Origin: Trichosphaerium sp. ATCC 40318
Lineage: Eukaryota > Protista > Tubulinea
Reading direction: 5' to 3'
Length of the DNA: 64,000 nt
Assembly: GCA_038496445.1 (NCBI GenBank)
Contig: JALMLS010000411.1
Span: 1-64,000 of the forward strand
Shown: positions 15,777 through 27,570 of the stretch, piece by piece
How the letters are laid out: each line of letters begins with the position of its first letter
Numbering within the stretch: the first letter of the stretch is position 1
The notes under the pieces: generated by a model
Seen by the model: only the letters and a program-made list of their open reading frames with translations
What the model was told of the DNA's origin: nothing
Database searches by the model: none
Program-made: the position numbers and the translations under genes

Positions 15777-18700
15777 ATGTACGCCCTAAACGGCAAAATA
15801 TTACGAGCAAGGCAGCTCATGCTAAACTTACACTTTCGTACAGCGGCATTGGTGCTCTGTTGCCTCGTTTCCGCTTCGGTGGGGTCAATATGCGGGTCAT
15901 CTGACCTTCAGAACGCCCGTTGTTATTTAACTGATAAAGAGAGAGTCGGTGATACCTTACTTACTGTTGGACAATTTACACCTCCTGCATTCTCCGGTAC
16001 ATGCACAGGGTTTATTATAAACCAACAATTTTTCATTACAACGCATCAGTGTGCTGAAGGGTATGAAAAGAATGTTCTAAAACCTAAAGCGTACTAATCC
16101 AACCGTCACTCTCTTCAGAGATAAAGCTGCAACGCTCACAGTCAACTTTCAAGCATTTCAAGACAGTACAGACTGCTCCGCTACAGAAAGAGTTGGGGAT
16201 TCTTCTTACAAAAATACGCCAAGGACGTTTACGGCAGAAGTACGCGATATCACGTGTAGTTTTTTTTTTTTTTCGCATTTTTTAGTTTTTGCTCTTTAAC
16301 TTAATTTTCCTTTAGCGCCTCTGTCAATCCTATTCTGCAGATTTCTCAGTGTACAAACTTGCAAGTGTACGTAATTCCAAGGGTTTTTTTTTGGTTCCGG
16401 TTTGTAGTTGTTGCATTTGTTGAAGTGGTTGTAGGTCGCAACATTTACAGGCGTATCCTATGCAGGGACCTATTACGGAAATCTCAATTTCCCTACGGAC
16501 ACGACAAAGACTGGCTCTGGAACATCCATCTACATCCCACAGGCACAATAGTTGATCTTAGCGTCAACACGTGCTAATTGAGTCATCAATAGTTTCAAAA
16601 TGATGTTGGCATGCAGATTGCAATTAACGAAGATACAAGCTCTGGAACCTGTACAATTATAGAAAGCAACGCGAATTCGTGTATTTCGGGTTCGGTGACA
16701 AATTTTGGTCACGTTTGTGATGTCATTGAGTATGTTTTTTTTCTTTCTTTTCTATTTTTATCAAAAAAACGAGTGGTATCGCTAACGTAATGAAGGGATG
16801 CAAGTGAAAGTGCAAACTTCGGTGGAGGTACGTATTTGGTAACTTCGTCTTTGTTTACACAAAGGCTCTAACATTTTGTTAAAGCACCTATTATTGCAAC
16901 AGGCACAACGGTAACACTTTTTCTGGAAACTTCAAACAACAATAAATATCTAATTACCTTTTTTTTGGTAGACTGTGCTTGGCATGCATCATTGCAATTC
17001 CGCAAATAGAGATGTTTGTTCATTTGATTCTAAAATCAGCTCGAGTACTGCCCTTGATTTCTCAAAGATTGCCATAGATGTACCGGTTTTTTTTGTCTTT
17101 GCTGAGCTGTTGATAACATTTTGTCATAGTTCTCAAGTTGTATGGCTGGCTGTGCAGACACAGCCCTTGATGGACTTACAGCGTGTGTTACAACTGGGAA
17201 AAAACGTCAAACTAGTGTTCGTGATATTAGTCAACGTTTGGCTCCCGTATGGACTCGTCCACCTGTTGGTTTTATTAGTCCAAGTACATTCTTTTATTCG
17301 CAATTTTAGCACTTATCCCTTTCTTTTCTTACTCCCTTCTAGACGCTGCCCAATGTTGTACTTTTAATTTTGCAAATATGCGTACTCTGGACTCTACAAG
17401 TATGATTATTCTTTTGTGTTCCTTTGTTTAACTTGAGTGATATTAGTATACAATCTCAGAGTCACTGGTCACTACATTTACGCCAGGACTACCGACACAG
17501 CAAACCAAGAAACTGTTTGTGCAAAAACGAATTCTCTTTCAAGAGGTATGTGTATCACGTGTTTTGTTATCTTTTTTTTCTCAAAGAAGTTGGTTCTCAT
17601 TTTTTTCCTTTCTCTCAGGTGTTATTCAGCTACTCGGAAGTTCGCTTATTGATGGAGATGACTTTGCTATTAGCGGATGTTGCGGAACGGTTACTGGGTT
17701 CTCAGCTAATAATGTAGACTTTGGACCAAAGTTTTTCCTGGACGCCTTTCAGCTGTTTGAAAACGGTGATGTGTTCCGTAGTGCAACAGGAGGGACATAT
17801 ACCAACCAAGTGGCACACTTTTCTAATGCTCCTGGAAACAATGGGTTTGTGACTGAACGCTCTATATTCCTCGACAAGGTACGAACGGCCCTCAACAGAT
17901 ACGAAAATACTTAACGTTAAACATCAGGCAGCAATTGAAGGATACTCTGTATTGACCTTCTTGGATACTTTTACAAATAACAACGCTCTTTCGATATCTA
18001 AAAGTATAGTTATTGATGCGTTGTTGGTAAACAATGTAGTCATTGGTGGCGAGGACTTTGGAACGCTCACATTGGTAGAAGCGTTCGGAGGATTTCCAGT
18101 ATCTGAGTATGACCTTCATATTTCCTCTCACAATTTTCGTTTAACTTGAGCTTTAGAGACAGCGAATGGCTCCTTTACTCAACACCACAAGGTAGAGGTT
18201 CCGTTGGTATCCTTACACACGGTCCTGGTGCCCAAAAACCTATAGCAATTGATCTAGAAACTATGTGCAGCCGTGGTGACTGTACGTGGCTTGTTTGTAT
18301 CCTGCTACAAAATCTGATTTCGTACTTTTAGACGAAAATGGCGTAAAATACACATGGGACATCAACTTGAGTCCTGGCCAAAGTGTAACACTCATGTACT
18401 TTGCTGTCGTCGATACAGCCGTTGAAGGAGTGCGGAGCAACAAATTTTATAAATCTATTAAGTCCTTATATTATCTTGTTTAGGGTGATGGCATTGTGCA
18501 GTCACTCGCCGAAATGGTAGCCGCTGGATCAGTGGCTGCTTGGTCTCATGTAAAACAAAATAACCTCAATGTCATCAATTTCCAGGCACCTTCACAAACG
18601 CCACCAACATTAATGACTTCCGGTATGCGACTGAGCGCTAAGTATACACCTAAATTTACTTGTGTTTTAGAGTTTGATTGTGGCCCAAATGTTCCAGAAC

Positions 18701-21700
18701 TGGACGGCTCCTTCGACATGGGTCCGGCCATTATACGGGGCGGTGACATGCAAGTAGACAGACAGGTATAAATGATCGTGATACCCTTTTAAAGTTTTTT
18801 AAAACTGTTCGTAGGTTACTTGGACAGGTTTGAATAGAATTGGTACATTCTCTGGTGCTCAATTTTCACTTGGACAGTTTGGTATCCCAAAATTCTCCGG
18901 TGGTTTTCGTCTTTTAGTAGGAGGTGTACGATACATCGCCTCCGCTGCTATGCCTACTATTAGTAACAACGGTCCGCTTCAAATACGCACCTTCCCTGCA
19001 GTGCGCATGCGTGGTCTTGATGTCTCCAGAAGAATCGTACTTAACACTGGACCAGCTTCATCGTGGGTGCGTTATCATCTATTGTAACTACAGATACAAG
19101 ACGAAACTCAAACACTTTTTAGTTGCGATACACTGAGATTTTCTCGAATCCTTCATCCACCAGCATAACCGTATTGGTTACAATCGCCACTACTGTAAGC
19201 AAGAACGAATTGGTTGTAGAAACCTCTTCAGGCAATGATAGATTAGGCATGAACGATGCATGGATAGTTACATCACAAGGTAATGTGAATGGATACTGAA
19301 GACGACAAACTAATGTTGTGGTTTTTTTAGATTTCTTCTCCAGTTTTCCTTTCACTGGTTGGACGTTCAGAGGCAGTACTGGGCCTCAACCTGTTCGTGC
19401 CCAATTTAGTAGTGTTTGCGGTGGGCCAGGAACTCTTCGTGAAATGGTTATCTCCTTCAGAGTTACTGTTCCACCTGGAGAGCGCCGTGCAATCATTCAC
19501 TTTGCTGACCCTCGCCTTACAAAAACAATGGCTGCACAAGACGCGTCAGCTACGGCTTTAATGGATATTACAGCGAGCCCTGATCAACTAAGGGGCATGG
19601 AAGACTTTGCTTCAGCTGAGATTTTCAATTTCGCAGCACCAGTGTCAGCAAAGAGATCTTTGGATGAACAAAACAGCGTGCACGTGCCAGCGGATCACAT
19701 GATAAAACCAGGTAATTTATCAGAAAAAAAAAACCATTCGGGAGTGTTTGATCTCACCACCTTTAGTGAGACCATATATTAATATCAAGGACACGAATCA
19801 AAAGCGTACGGTAAAGCCTGTCCTAGAGCAAGATGATGTCGAAATTCAAGTTGGTTATGTGTCAGCAGGATACGGATTCACAAGAACAGTCGCCGTGCGT
19901 GTCTCTTTTATTTTAACAAGAAAGCCAGCCAAGTGTTTGTAACGTATTGTTGGTAGGTTGCAATGCAAGTCGGTGATATCGTTGTATCTGTACGAGAGAC
20001 AGATGATGATCCTCCAAGGCTACAAATTATGTACGACGATGTAGAGTACAGACAAGGGCAACCCACACCTGGAGCAAGGATTACAGTTGCCAGAGAAGAA
20101 TATGGACGCGTTTTCATTACACTTGCTTTTGCTAGTGCGTTACAAAAATCATCTCTACACTATGCAATATTACTAATACTTCTCAATAGATGAGCGTGGT
20201 ATGAAGATAGATGCTGTACCAGGCGTTTACCTCAACTTTTGTCCAAAACTTACAAGTATGTGAACATCATACAACGAACGAAACAACCTAATTATAAAAT
20301 AGGTTTTGATGTGAGGAATATTGAAGGATTGATTGGTTTCTGGAATAACGACCCTTCTGACGACCTTAGATCATCCGATCGCGTCATCACTGACGCAACA
20401 GATCAACTTGGAATACTACAATTCGCTAATTCCTGTACGTTGGAGCTATGTATTTAACTCAAAATGTACTGACACGTGTTGCTACCTACAGGGCTTCTTC
20501 AGGGAGATGACTTTAATCTATTCACCTTGGACGACTTTACTACTGATGAATTCTTTGATCCAAACCACATGCCAAGCCACGGTGGTTTAGCTGACCTCAA
20601 GCGTACGTGTAACGACCGACTGCCAACAAAGTTCGCTCACCATACTTTTTAGAGAAAGTTGATCCACAACTTGTTCAGGAGGCCATACAAGCATGTGAAC
20701 AACTTGGTGTTGAGTTCCTTGAGCGTTACACTGGTGGTCAATATACGTTGATTATACCTGAGCCGGTATGACTTGTTTGTAAGACACGCATTGCGTTGTG
20801 ACTAACTTGATGCTGTAGAACGTTGCCAACACCCAATCCTACAAGGATGCCTGTGTACGCGATTTTATTTTGGCTGGTAACGATAGAGTACTTGAAGCAG
20901 AACCATACGGATCTCGTACGTCCTAATATCGATTTAAATGATAGTGCCGCAATCACTAACTTTTAAACACCCAGCTTGCACGACGAATTGTAACGGAAAT
21001 GGAAGATGTCTTGAGAACGGAACATGTATTTGTGCCGAAGGATACAGCGGCCCACTTTGCGATGTAGCAACAGGTTGTCCTAGAGACGATGAAGGCAACT
21101 TATGTTCCGAGAATGGACGTTGTAGTACTAACGGGCTATGCTCCTGTTACTATAGATACGAGGGTGAAGCTTGCGAAGGTGCCCAAAAAAGAACCAGTGT
21201 TAGTTCTCATTTTTTTCTTACTGTTTTCTTACAGACGAAACCGAGTGTGAACTCTTTAAAGATCCAACTACACCTCCACTAATTTCGTTGTCAGTCGACA
21301 CCATAACAGATACAGTTACAATTGAGGTGATAGTACCATTTGTACCTGGTCAAGTGTTCTTGATTGGATTCAGCCCATTCGATTCACGTACCCTCAAAAT
21401 TTAGTTTATTCTAAGGTGCACAAGCTTACAACATAATAGGAAGAAACGTAACACAACCACTACGATGTGAAAATTACAACGCAGACGTTTTTGACTCGAT
21501 TGAAGACGTACTACCATTTTTGCCGTTTGTTTTCTTTTTGATTTTTCAATATTAAACGATCAACTAATTATGGCTGCAGTACGAAGACTATTGGGATTTC
21601 CCTGTTGATGCTGAGGCACCTGAGGCCCTTGGCACTAGTAGATACCCAACACAACCTTCTCCTAACTTAGATTACTGGAGTATTGAAGCTGTAGATTGCG

Positions 21701-22064
21701 GTACTGTCAAGTGGACAGGTGTCTTTAATGTTTTAGATCTCGAAGAGTGTTTTGACTTTGATGGTATGACTACACTAGCTTCGTTTGAATCCATACCAAT
21801 AAACATATTTAGGCGCTCAGGCAATCATAAACCAGAATGGAAGAATTGCAGGCTCAATTTGTGTTAACAGGATGTAAGTGGCCGTTTTTTTGAGATTTTT
21901 TTTTCTTCGCGTTACATTATGCAATCAAAAACTGAAGGCTAATCTTTTTTGTTATCAGAGCTCCTGTCGATGAAACAGACCCTGAAGCTGGATTTATATG
22001 TGAACCAACTGAACTAGAATTCGATGAACCATTTGACGATGAAGATGAAGAAAACGATAACTAA
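15777..22064 (+). CDS. Large secreted mosaic protein: signal peptide, inactive trypsin-like (lysyl-endopeptidase-type) domain, two beta-rich repeat domains, VWD domain, EGF repeats, acidic C-terminal domain
   Basis: AALVLCCLVSASVG signal; ICGSSDLQNARCY...CTGF...IYIPQ...HVCD...LGMHHC; EGLIGFWNNDPSDDL...QFANSW (VWD); CNGNGRCLENGTCICAEGYSGPLC and CSENGRCSTNGLCSCYYRYEGEAC (EGF). Confidence 0.75.
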
Positions 22065-22182
22065 ATGACCAAAAGGGGGTGTTCCGTTTTACCCCCATAA
22101 AAGATGTAGATTTATAAATAAATAGTATTATATAATGTTCATACTTTGTTTGATCTTGTGATGGGGACTGTGTTTATTGTTA

Positions 22183-24332
22183 TTAAATACAGCCTGTGCA
22201 GCTGGCAAACATATTATCTTTCGATTTTACTTGTGCAGTACAGTTACATCGACGTACTGCATCGACATTGCCTATATCCATGTAATTGTGTACAACCAAA
22301 AATTGAAGATTCTTTGCAAACTTTGTGGTTTCAGAAGCTTTTGATTTGTCTGTAAGATAATCCAAAATGTTAGGTATCTTCACGCCTGGCCTAGTGCTTT
22401 CTTTTATAATCTATCAAATTATGTCAGAAGTAGAGCTGGACATATCAGATTCGTACTTTCTTCAAAGAGCGGCTGGAAGCCCAGCCTATGCCGCTTTTTC
22501 TTAATTTTGGTAATACACTTTGCATCTTTTTGTAAAACTGTTCTCCATCGAATAACTGAGTTATTGGCATTGAGGAATGCGCTGAGGTATTTATAAGACA
22601 CGTTGTGACTCTATGATAACAATAAGTTTGCATTGGAGGAAGGGGAGGGGAGTACATACGCGCAATGTGGAGAAGGTCTGATCATGTATTTGCCATAACC
22701 CAACATGGAGATAAACGGCTCAAAAGCAGATAAAATAGTGACAGGCAAAAAATCCTGTGGTGTGATTGGGTGAAGTGCCTTTGTTTCTACAACGCATTCA
22801 TAAGGGAGACGAACATAAAAAATGAAGACTTACCACAAGATACTTGTGAGACCCACTCCAAACTGGTGTATAAATCCATACAGTCCTCATAGGTATTACC
22901 TAAAAGTGGTGTGAATTATGGATTGTGACAAATTTTAGATAACAAAAAAGATGAGAAAAGGGCACCTGGTTCGAGCTCTTCTATTGTATCTGTTGGTACT
23001 GATCTTTGTGAAACAACACCTAACGGATCACCATTTTCTTTTGCTTCCCTAGCTTTGATTTTCCTAAGTTTTATATCTTGTTTGACCTTGAGCTCTGCTT
23101 GTCTCTTTTTTATCACACTAAACAATAAACACCAATTTAAGAAAACGAAACAAAAAAGAAATCTAAATTCTGTTACCTTGCCCGCACTTTCTTTACTACA
23201 TCCTGTGGTGGTCTCTCCATTACGAACTCTATTAGCCTTACAAAACCATAGCATTGACGCAATGTATCCATGAGACGGGATATACTTGGATACGGAGGCT
23301 CAATGACGAGTGTTATAATCAGTTGTATCCCGTCAAACTCTCTCAGAGTTGCTAGAGTGCTGCTTATCTCTTCTTCGCATTGTCTTTCATCGCCCTTCCT
23401 CAAGTAATATCTAAAACATACACTTGTCAACTAACTACTTAATCACATGAAAGGCCAGTATTTGTACTTGATGTTTGGAAATATTCTAGGTTTCAAAAAT
23501 GCAGAGTCATCAAGATCAGCAATGGCAGCCATTCTCTCATGTGACAAGTCAATGAGGATTGGTATCCCTCTTAATATCTCGCTTATATACAAGATCTTGG
23601 TATTGAGGACTTGCATGTCTGTAGCCAGTTTGCCTATGAGTCTCAAAATGAACTAAATGACAAAAAGTGTTAGAAGAAAATGTGACAAAACTCGACTCAA
23701 AAATTAAGTTTAGGAGTTTAACGATTACCTTGTGCGTCTTTGGATACATTGCGAGCATGTCAGTGACTTGTTTGTGTATTTCCTCATCTGTGAGGAAGCT
23801 GCCCTTGTTGAAGAGTACTAGCTCCATAACAAGTGGTAATTTATCGTGTGTTGGCGCTTTTTTGGATGTAAATTGGGATAGCTCTTCAATATCGACTGGT
23901 TGATTCGCTACAGATTGGAAATGATTACTAAAAGCAAAAATAACAAGGCGTACATGTTGAAGGTGTTTTTAGTGAGTAACTGAGCAGCTATTAACGTCAG
24001 TGCGAAGTTTCTGTACGCATTTCGAAGTTACCTTTTTAAAAAACCCTGTATTTTTGCTTACAAGCACTCGTTGTGGTCCATGGCGCTCACAACTAGCTTA
24101 TATAAGCGTGGAATTCGAAGCATCGCTGATATACTTTCAGTCCGTTTAAAGTGACGTACGGTGTGATAATCCATATGCCGGCGCCAATTTGAACAACTTC
24201 GGCGTCTTTTAGAACAGCTCCTAGCAAAAAAATCAGATAGTGCCACTAATACGACCGCTCACCTCTGCTTTCAAGTAAAGCACACCGCGGACAAATGCTG
24301 CGAGTGTCGTATAGCTTCTGAGTTGCGCTCAT
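22183..24332 (-). CDS. Tetraether-lipid-synthase (Tes/GDGT-MAS, MJ0619 family)-like protein lacking the radical-SAM CxxxCxxC motif
   Basis: N-terminal TRSICPRC...AEVV...CERHG; internal DFLPV and RPSPHCA; C-terminal HNYMDIGNVDAVRRCNC...FASCTGC. Confidence 0.6.
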
Positions 24333-24678
24333 AAATGTCAATTAATCATACGTATGACAGGAGTAATGCAAGGAGCGTAAAGTGTACTATACAATGCACT
24401 TTATTTAAATTGTCACTGAAGGTCATTGTCAAACTGGCTTAGTTGGTCCCACTCTTCAAACTCACTGCAGAGGAGCGCTCAGAGGCAACACAGTGATTAT
24501 TTAGCTTTTAACTACTGTAACTGAAAGTGCAATTCATTTAATAGCAGAACACCAAAATTTTTCGCGGTTCAAGTCTGCTCCTAATTCACTTTGATTGAAA
24601 TTTCTCGGCTTTTTATTTGGTCAACTTTTATTCGTTCATTCATTCAAAACAACTCTGTCGAACAAAGCAACTCTTCAA

Positions 24679-27310
24679 ATGTCCTCAGATAATCAGTCAT
24701 TCGGAGGCTCATGGGTACGTCTACAACTAGTTATGATTAATAACGCCAAGTACTACTTGGATTTGTTATTGCTGGGCGTAGAGAGGCTTGTATAGTTATT
24801 AATTATAATTTAGGCGGACGCTAAAGGCTCAGATGACTTCAAAAGTACTTTCAACGCTGAAGAAGAACCTAAAAAAGCGTTCGTATCGCTCTCAAGCCTC
24901 ACAAAAAAAGACGACGCAAAGTCAGGAGGTTTTGGCTTTGGAGCCTCTGATTCTGGCTCCAAAGGCACAACAACTACGTTCGGTGGCTTTGGAAAGCAAT
25001 CAGGAGGATTTGGCTTCGGTTCTACGACCTCTCCTGACAAGGAAAAAAAACCAGGTTTCGGTTTTGGCCAAAGCAGCGATAAACCAACTTCCTTTGGTGG
25101 TTTTGGTTCTACAACGACTCCAGAAAAGAAAAAACCAGGGTTTGGTTTCGATCAATCAAGCAAAGATGATAAACCGAAGCCGTTCGGCTTTGGGAGTAGC
25201 TCGTTTGGTACTGACTCAAAGTCGCCTAGCGACAAGGACAAGAAGCCATTCTCCTTTGGTAGTTCAGGCACCAGTTCATTCGGTGCAACACCAACAAAAA
25301 CTACTACATCTTCATTCACTGGTGGGTTTGGCACAAGCGACAATAAAACCCAGGATACAAAGAAAGAAAACTCATTTTCTTTTGGCGCATCAACCACTAC
25401 TTCTTTCGGTGAAAAAGATACAAAAGCAAAACCGTTCAATCCAGCTGCAGCTTCATTTACACCATCTTCTCCTACACGTGAGTAAAATGTTTTTGGTTTT
25501 TTTTTTTCGTGGAATTTTTATTTTATTAACCAATGTGCTTTTATTGCAGAAGATAAACCAAAACCAAAATATAAAAAAGCAGCAATGCCTGCAGAATATG
25601 TTGATGATGAAATAACGTGGAAAACACTAAATTTTGAGCCTAAACTAATTCAAGGTATGTAATTTCAATCAAACTTTTTTTTTTTTTTGCAATACGAAAT
25701 TAACGTTGTTGTTTAGTGTTGTACGAGATGGAATTTATAAGACCAACAATAGTCCAAGCCAAGTCCATACCAGAGATTAGAGCAGGTAAAAGTGTCGCAG
25801 TACAAGCAAAGACTGGAGAAGGCAAGACCGCCGCGTTTCTGCTAGGATCGATGTTGAGTATTGGTACGTTTACTTTTTTTTTTTACTTTCAATCAAAAGA
25901 GTAAATATGATGATGACGATGATGACACTAATCAATCTTCATAGACCAAAACATTAAAGCACCTCAAGTCCTCATAATTTCTATGACGCTGGAGCTCGCT
26001 GACCAGACGTTTAAAGTCGCCGAAAAACTGAACAAGGGAATAGGCGTATCAATTGGATTTCTTTCCACCCGCAAACACATTGTACGAATTTTATTTTTCA
26101 CTCATAGTGTTTAATTTTGAGTGACCTAACTTTTGTGTAGAATGACTCAAAAGTAGACTTGCACTCTCAATTGATAATAGCTACTCCTGGTAAATTCAAA
26201 ACGGCGTTAAAAAGGAACCTTCTTCCACAACGTGATCTTAAAACAATGATATTTGATGAAGCAGATCACATGCTCGCCGAAGGCTCCAAATTCTATGCTA
26301 TCATCAGACAAATTAGAAAAAGACTTAAAAAACTACAACTCTTGTTGTTTTCTGCAACCTTCAATGACACGGTAAGAAGAACAGCTTAAAAAACTTGGCA
26401 CACTTCTGTTTTTTTTTTTTTTTTTTCGATTTTTCACTAACTTTTGGTGTGTTAGATTAAGAAGTTTGCCATGGATTACTGGGGAGACTCACCTCATTAC
26501 ATGCTTGTACAAGAAACTAATACAACGCATGATGAATCAAGACTAATACAAATGTATTCAGTGTGCACTGTACGTGTTTATTAACTTGTAGTTTTTTTTT
26601 TTTGTTTTCTTGTTTTGTGCTAATTGAAAAAATATTAGACTGATAAAGAAAAACTGGATCAACTCGCAAAAATTTATATTGCAATGGACGTTGGAGAAGC
26701 TATAATATTCTGCAACACCAAGAGAACAGCAAACATTATCAAACAGCGCATGGGTGCTGATGGTATACACCCGCCTTTTAGCCTTACCACTAACTAACTG
26801 TTAAATTAGGACATGATCCTTCTCTTCTAACAGGTGATTTGGATCCTGCAGCTCGCCTTGCATTGTTTAGAAGATTCATTGAGGGTTAGTACACATTTAT
26901 CAAACTAAATTAACAGTTTTTCTTTCAGGTGAAACACGTATGCTTATCACTACTGATGTTTTGAGCCGTGGTATCGATAACAAGGCTGTCAGTTTAGTTG
27001 TAAACTACGACATGCCTGTCATTTACAATCAAAACGGCGCACCTAATAAGGATCTGTATATTCATCGTACTGGGCGTACAGCGCGAATGGATCTACAAGG
27101 TGTAGCCTTTTCATTCATCTCACCTGATCAACAATCTCACATTGGTACGCACCTTTTTTTTTTTTTCAAATTTATTCTTTCTCCTTTGCTTATTTGTACT
27201 TTATAGACTTCTACGAGAAAGAATTGGATATCAAGTTTAGAAAAATGCCAACATGTGATGTAGAAGACCTAATGGATATTATGGAAAAGCTGAACCTATC
27301 GACCACTTAA
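24679..27310 (+). CDS. Dbp5/DDX19-like DEAD-box RNA helicase with an N-terminal FG-repeat domain and PAM2-like motif
   Basis: Q motif PTIVQ, AKTGEGKTAAF, TPGK, DEADHML, FSATF, IIFCNTK, TDVLSRGID, VVNYDMP, YIHRTGRTAR; exon 24813-25478 encodes about 20 FG dipeptides. Confidence 0.88.
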
Positions 27311-27570
27311 AAATGTAACAAGAAACAATCGTCAAGAAAACCTTTTTTCAAAAAAAAAAAAATTTGTACTGACATGAAACGTGTAATTAAAATAAGACTT
27401 GTCAACTTCAACCATGCATCGTATTGTGTATTGTTCAAAGCATATTCTGGAAGTCCGTTTACCTGAGATTTTAAAAATGTCCTCCGCATTATTTTTACCG
27501 ACCGTTTTTTTTTCCCTGCGCATTTCTCACTTTTGAAAAATACATTTCTCAGTTTCCTGGTGCGCGTAAC

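Noticed and set aside
24833-25615. 260-aa Leu/Gln-rich ORF in the track
   Set aside because: Shadow frame; the frame that splices to the upstream ATG and the helicase is the FG-repeat frame
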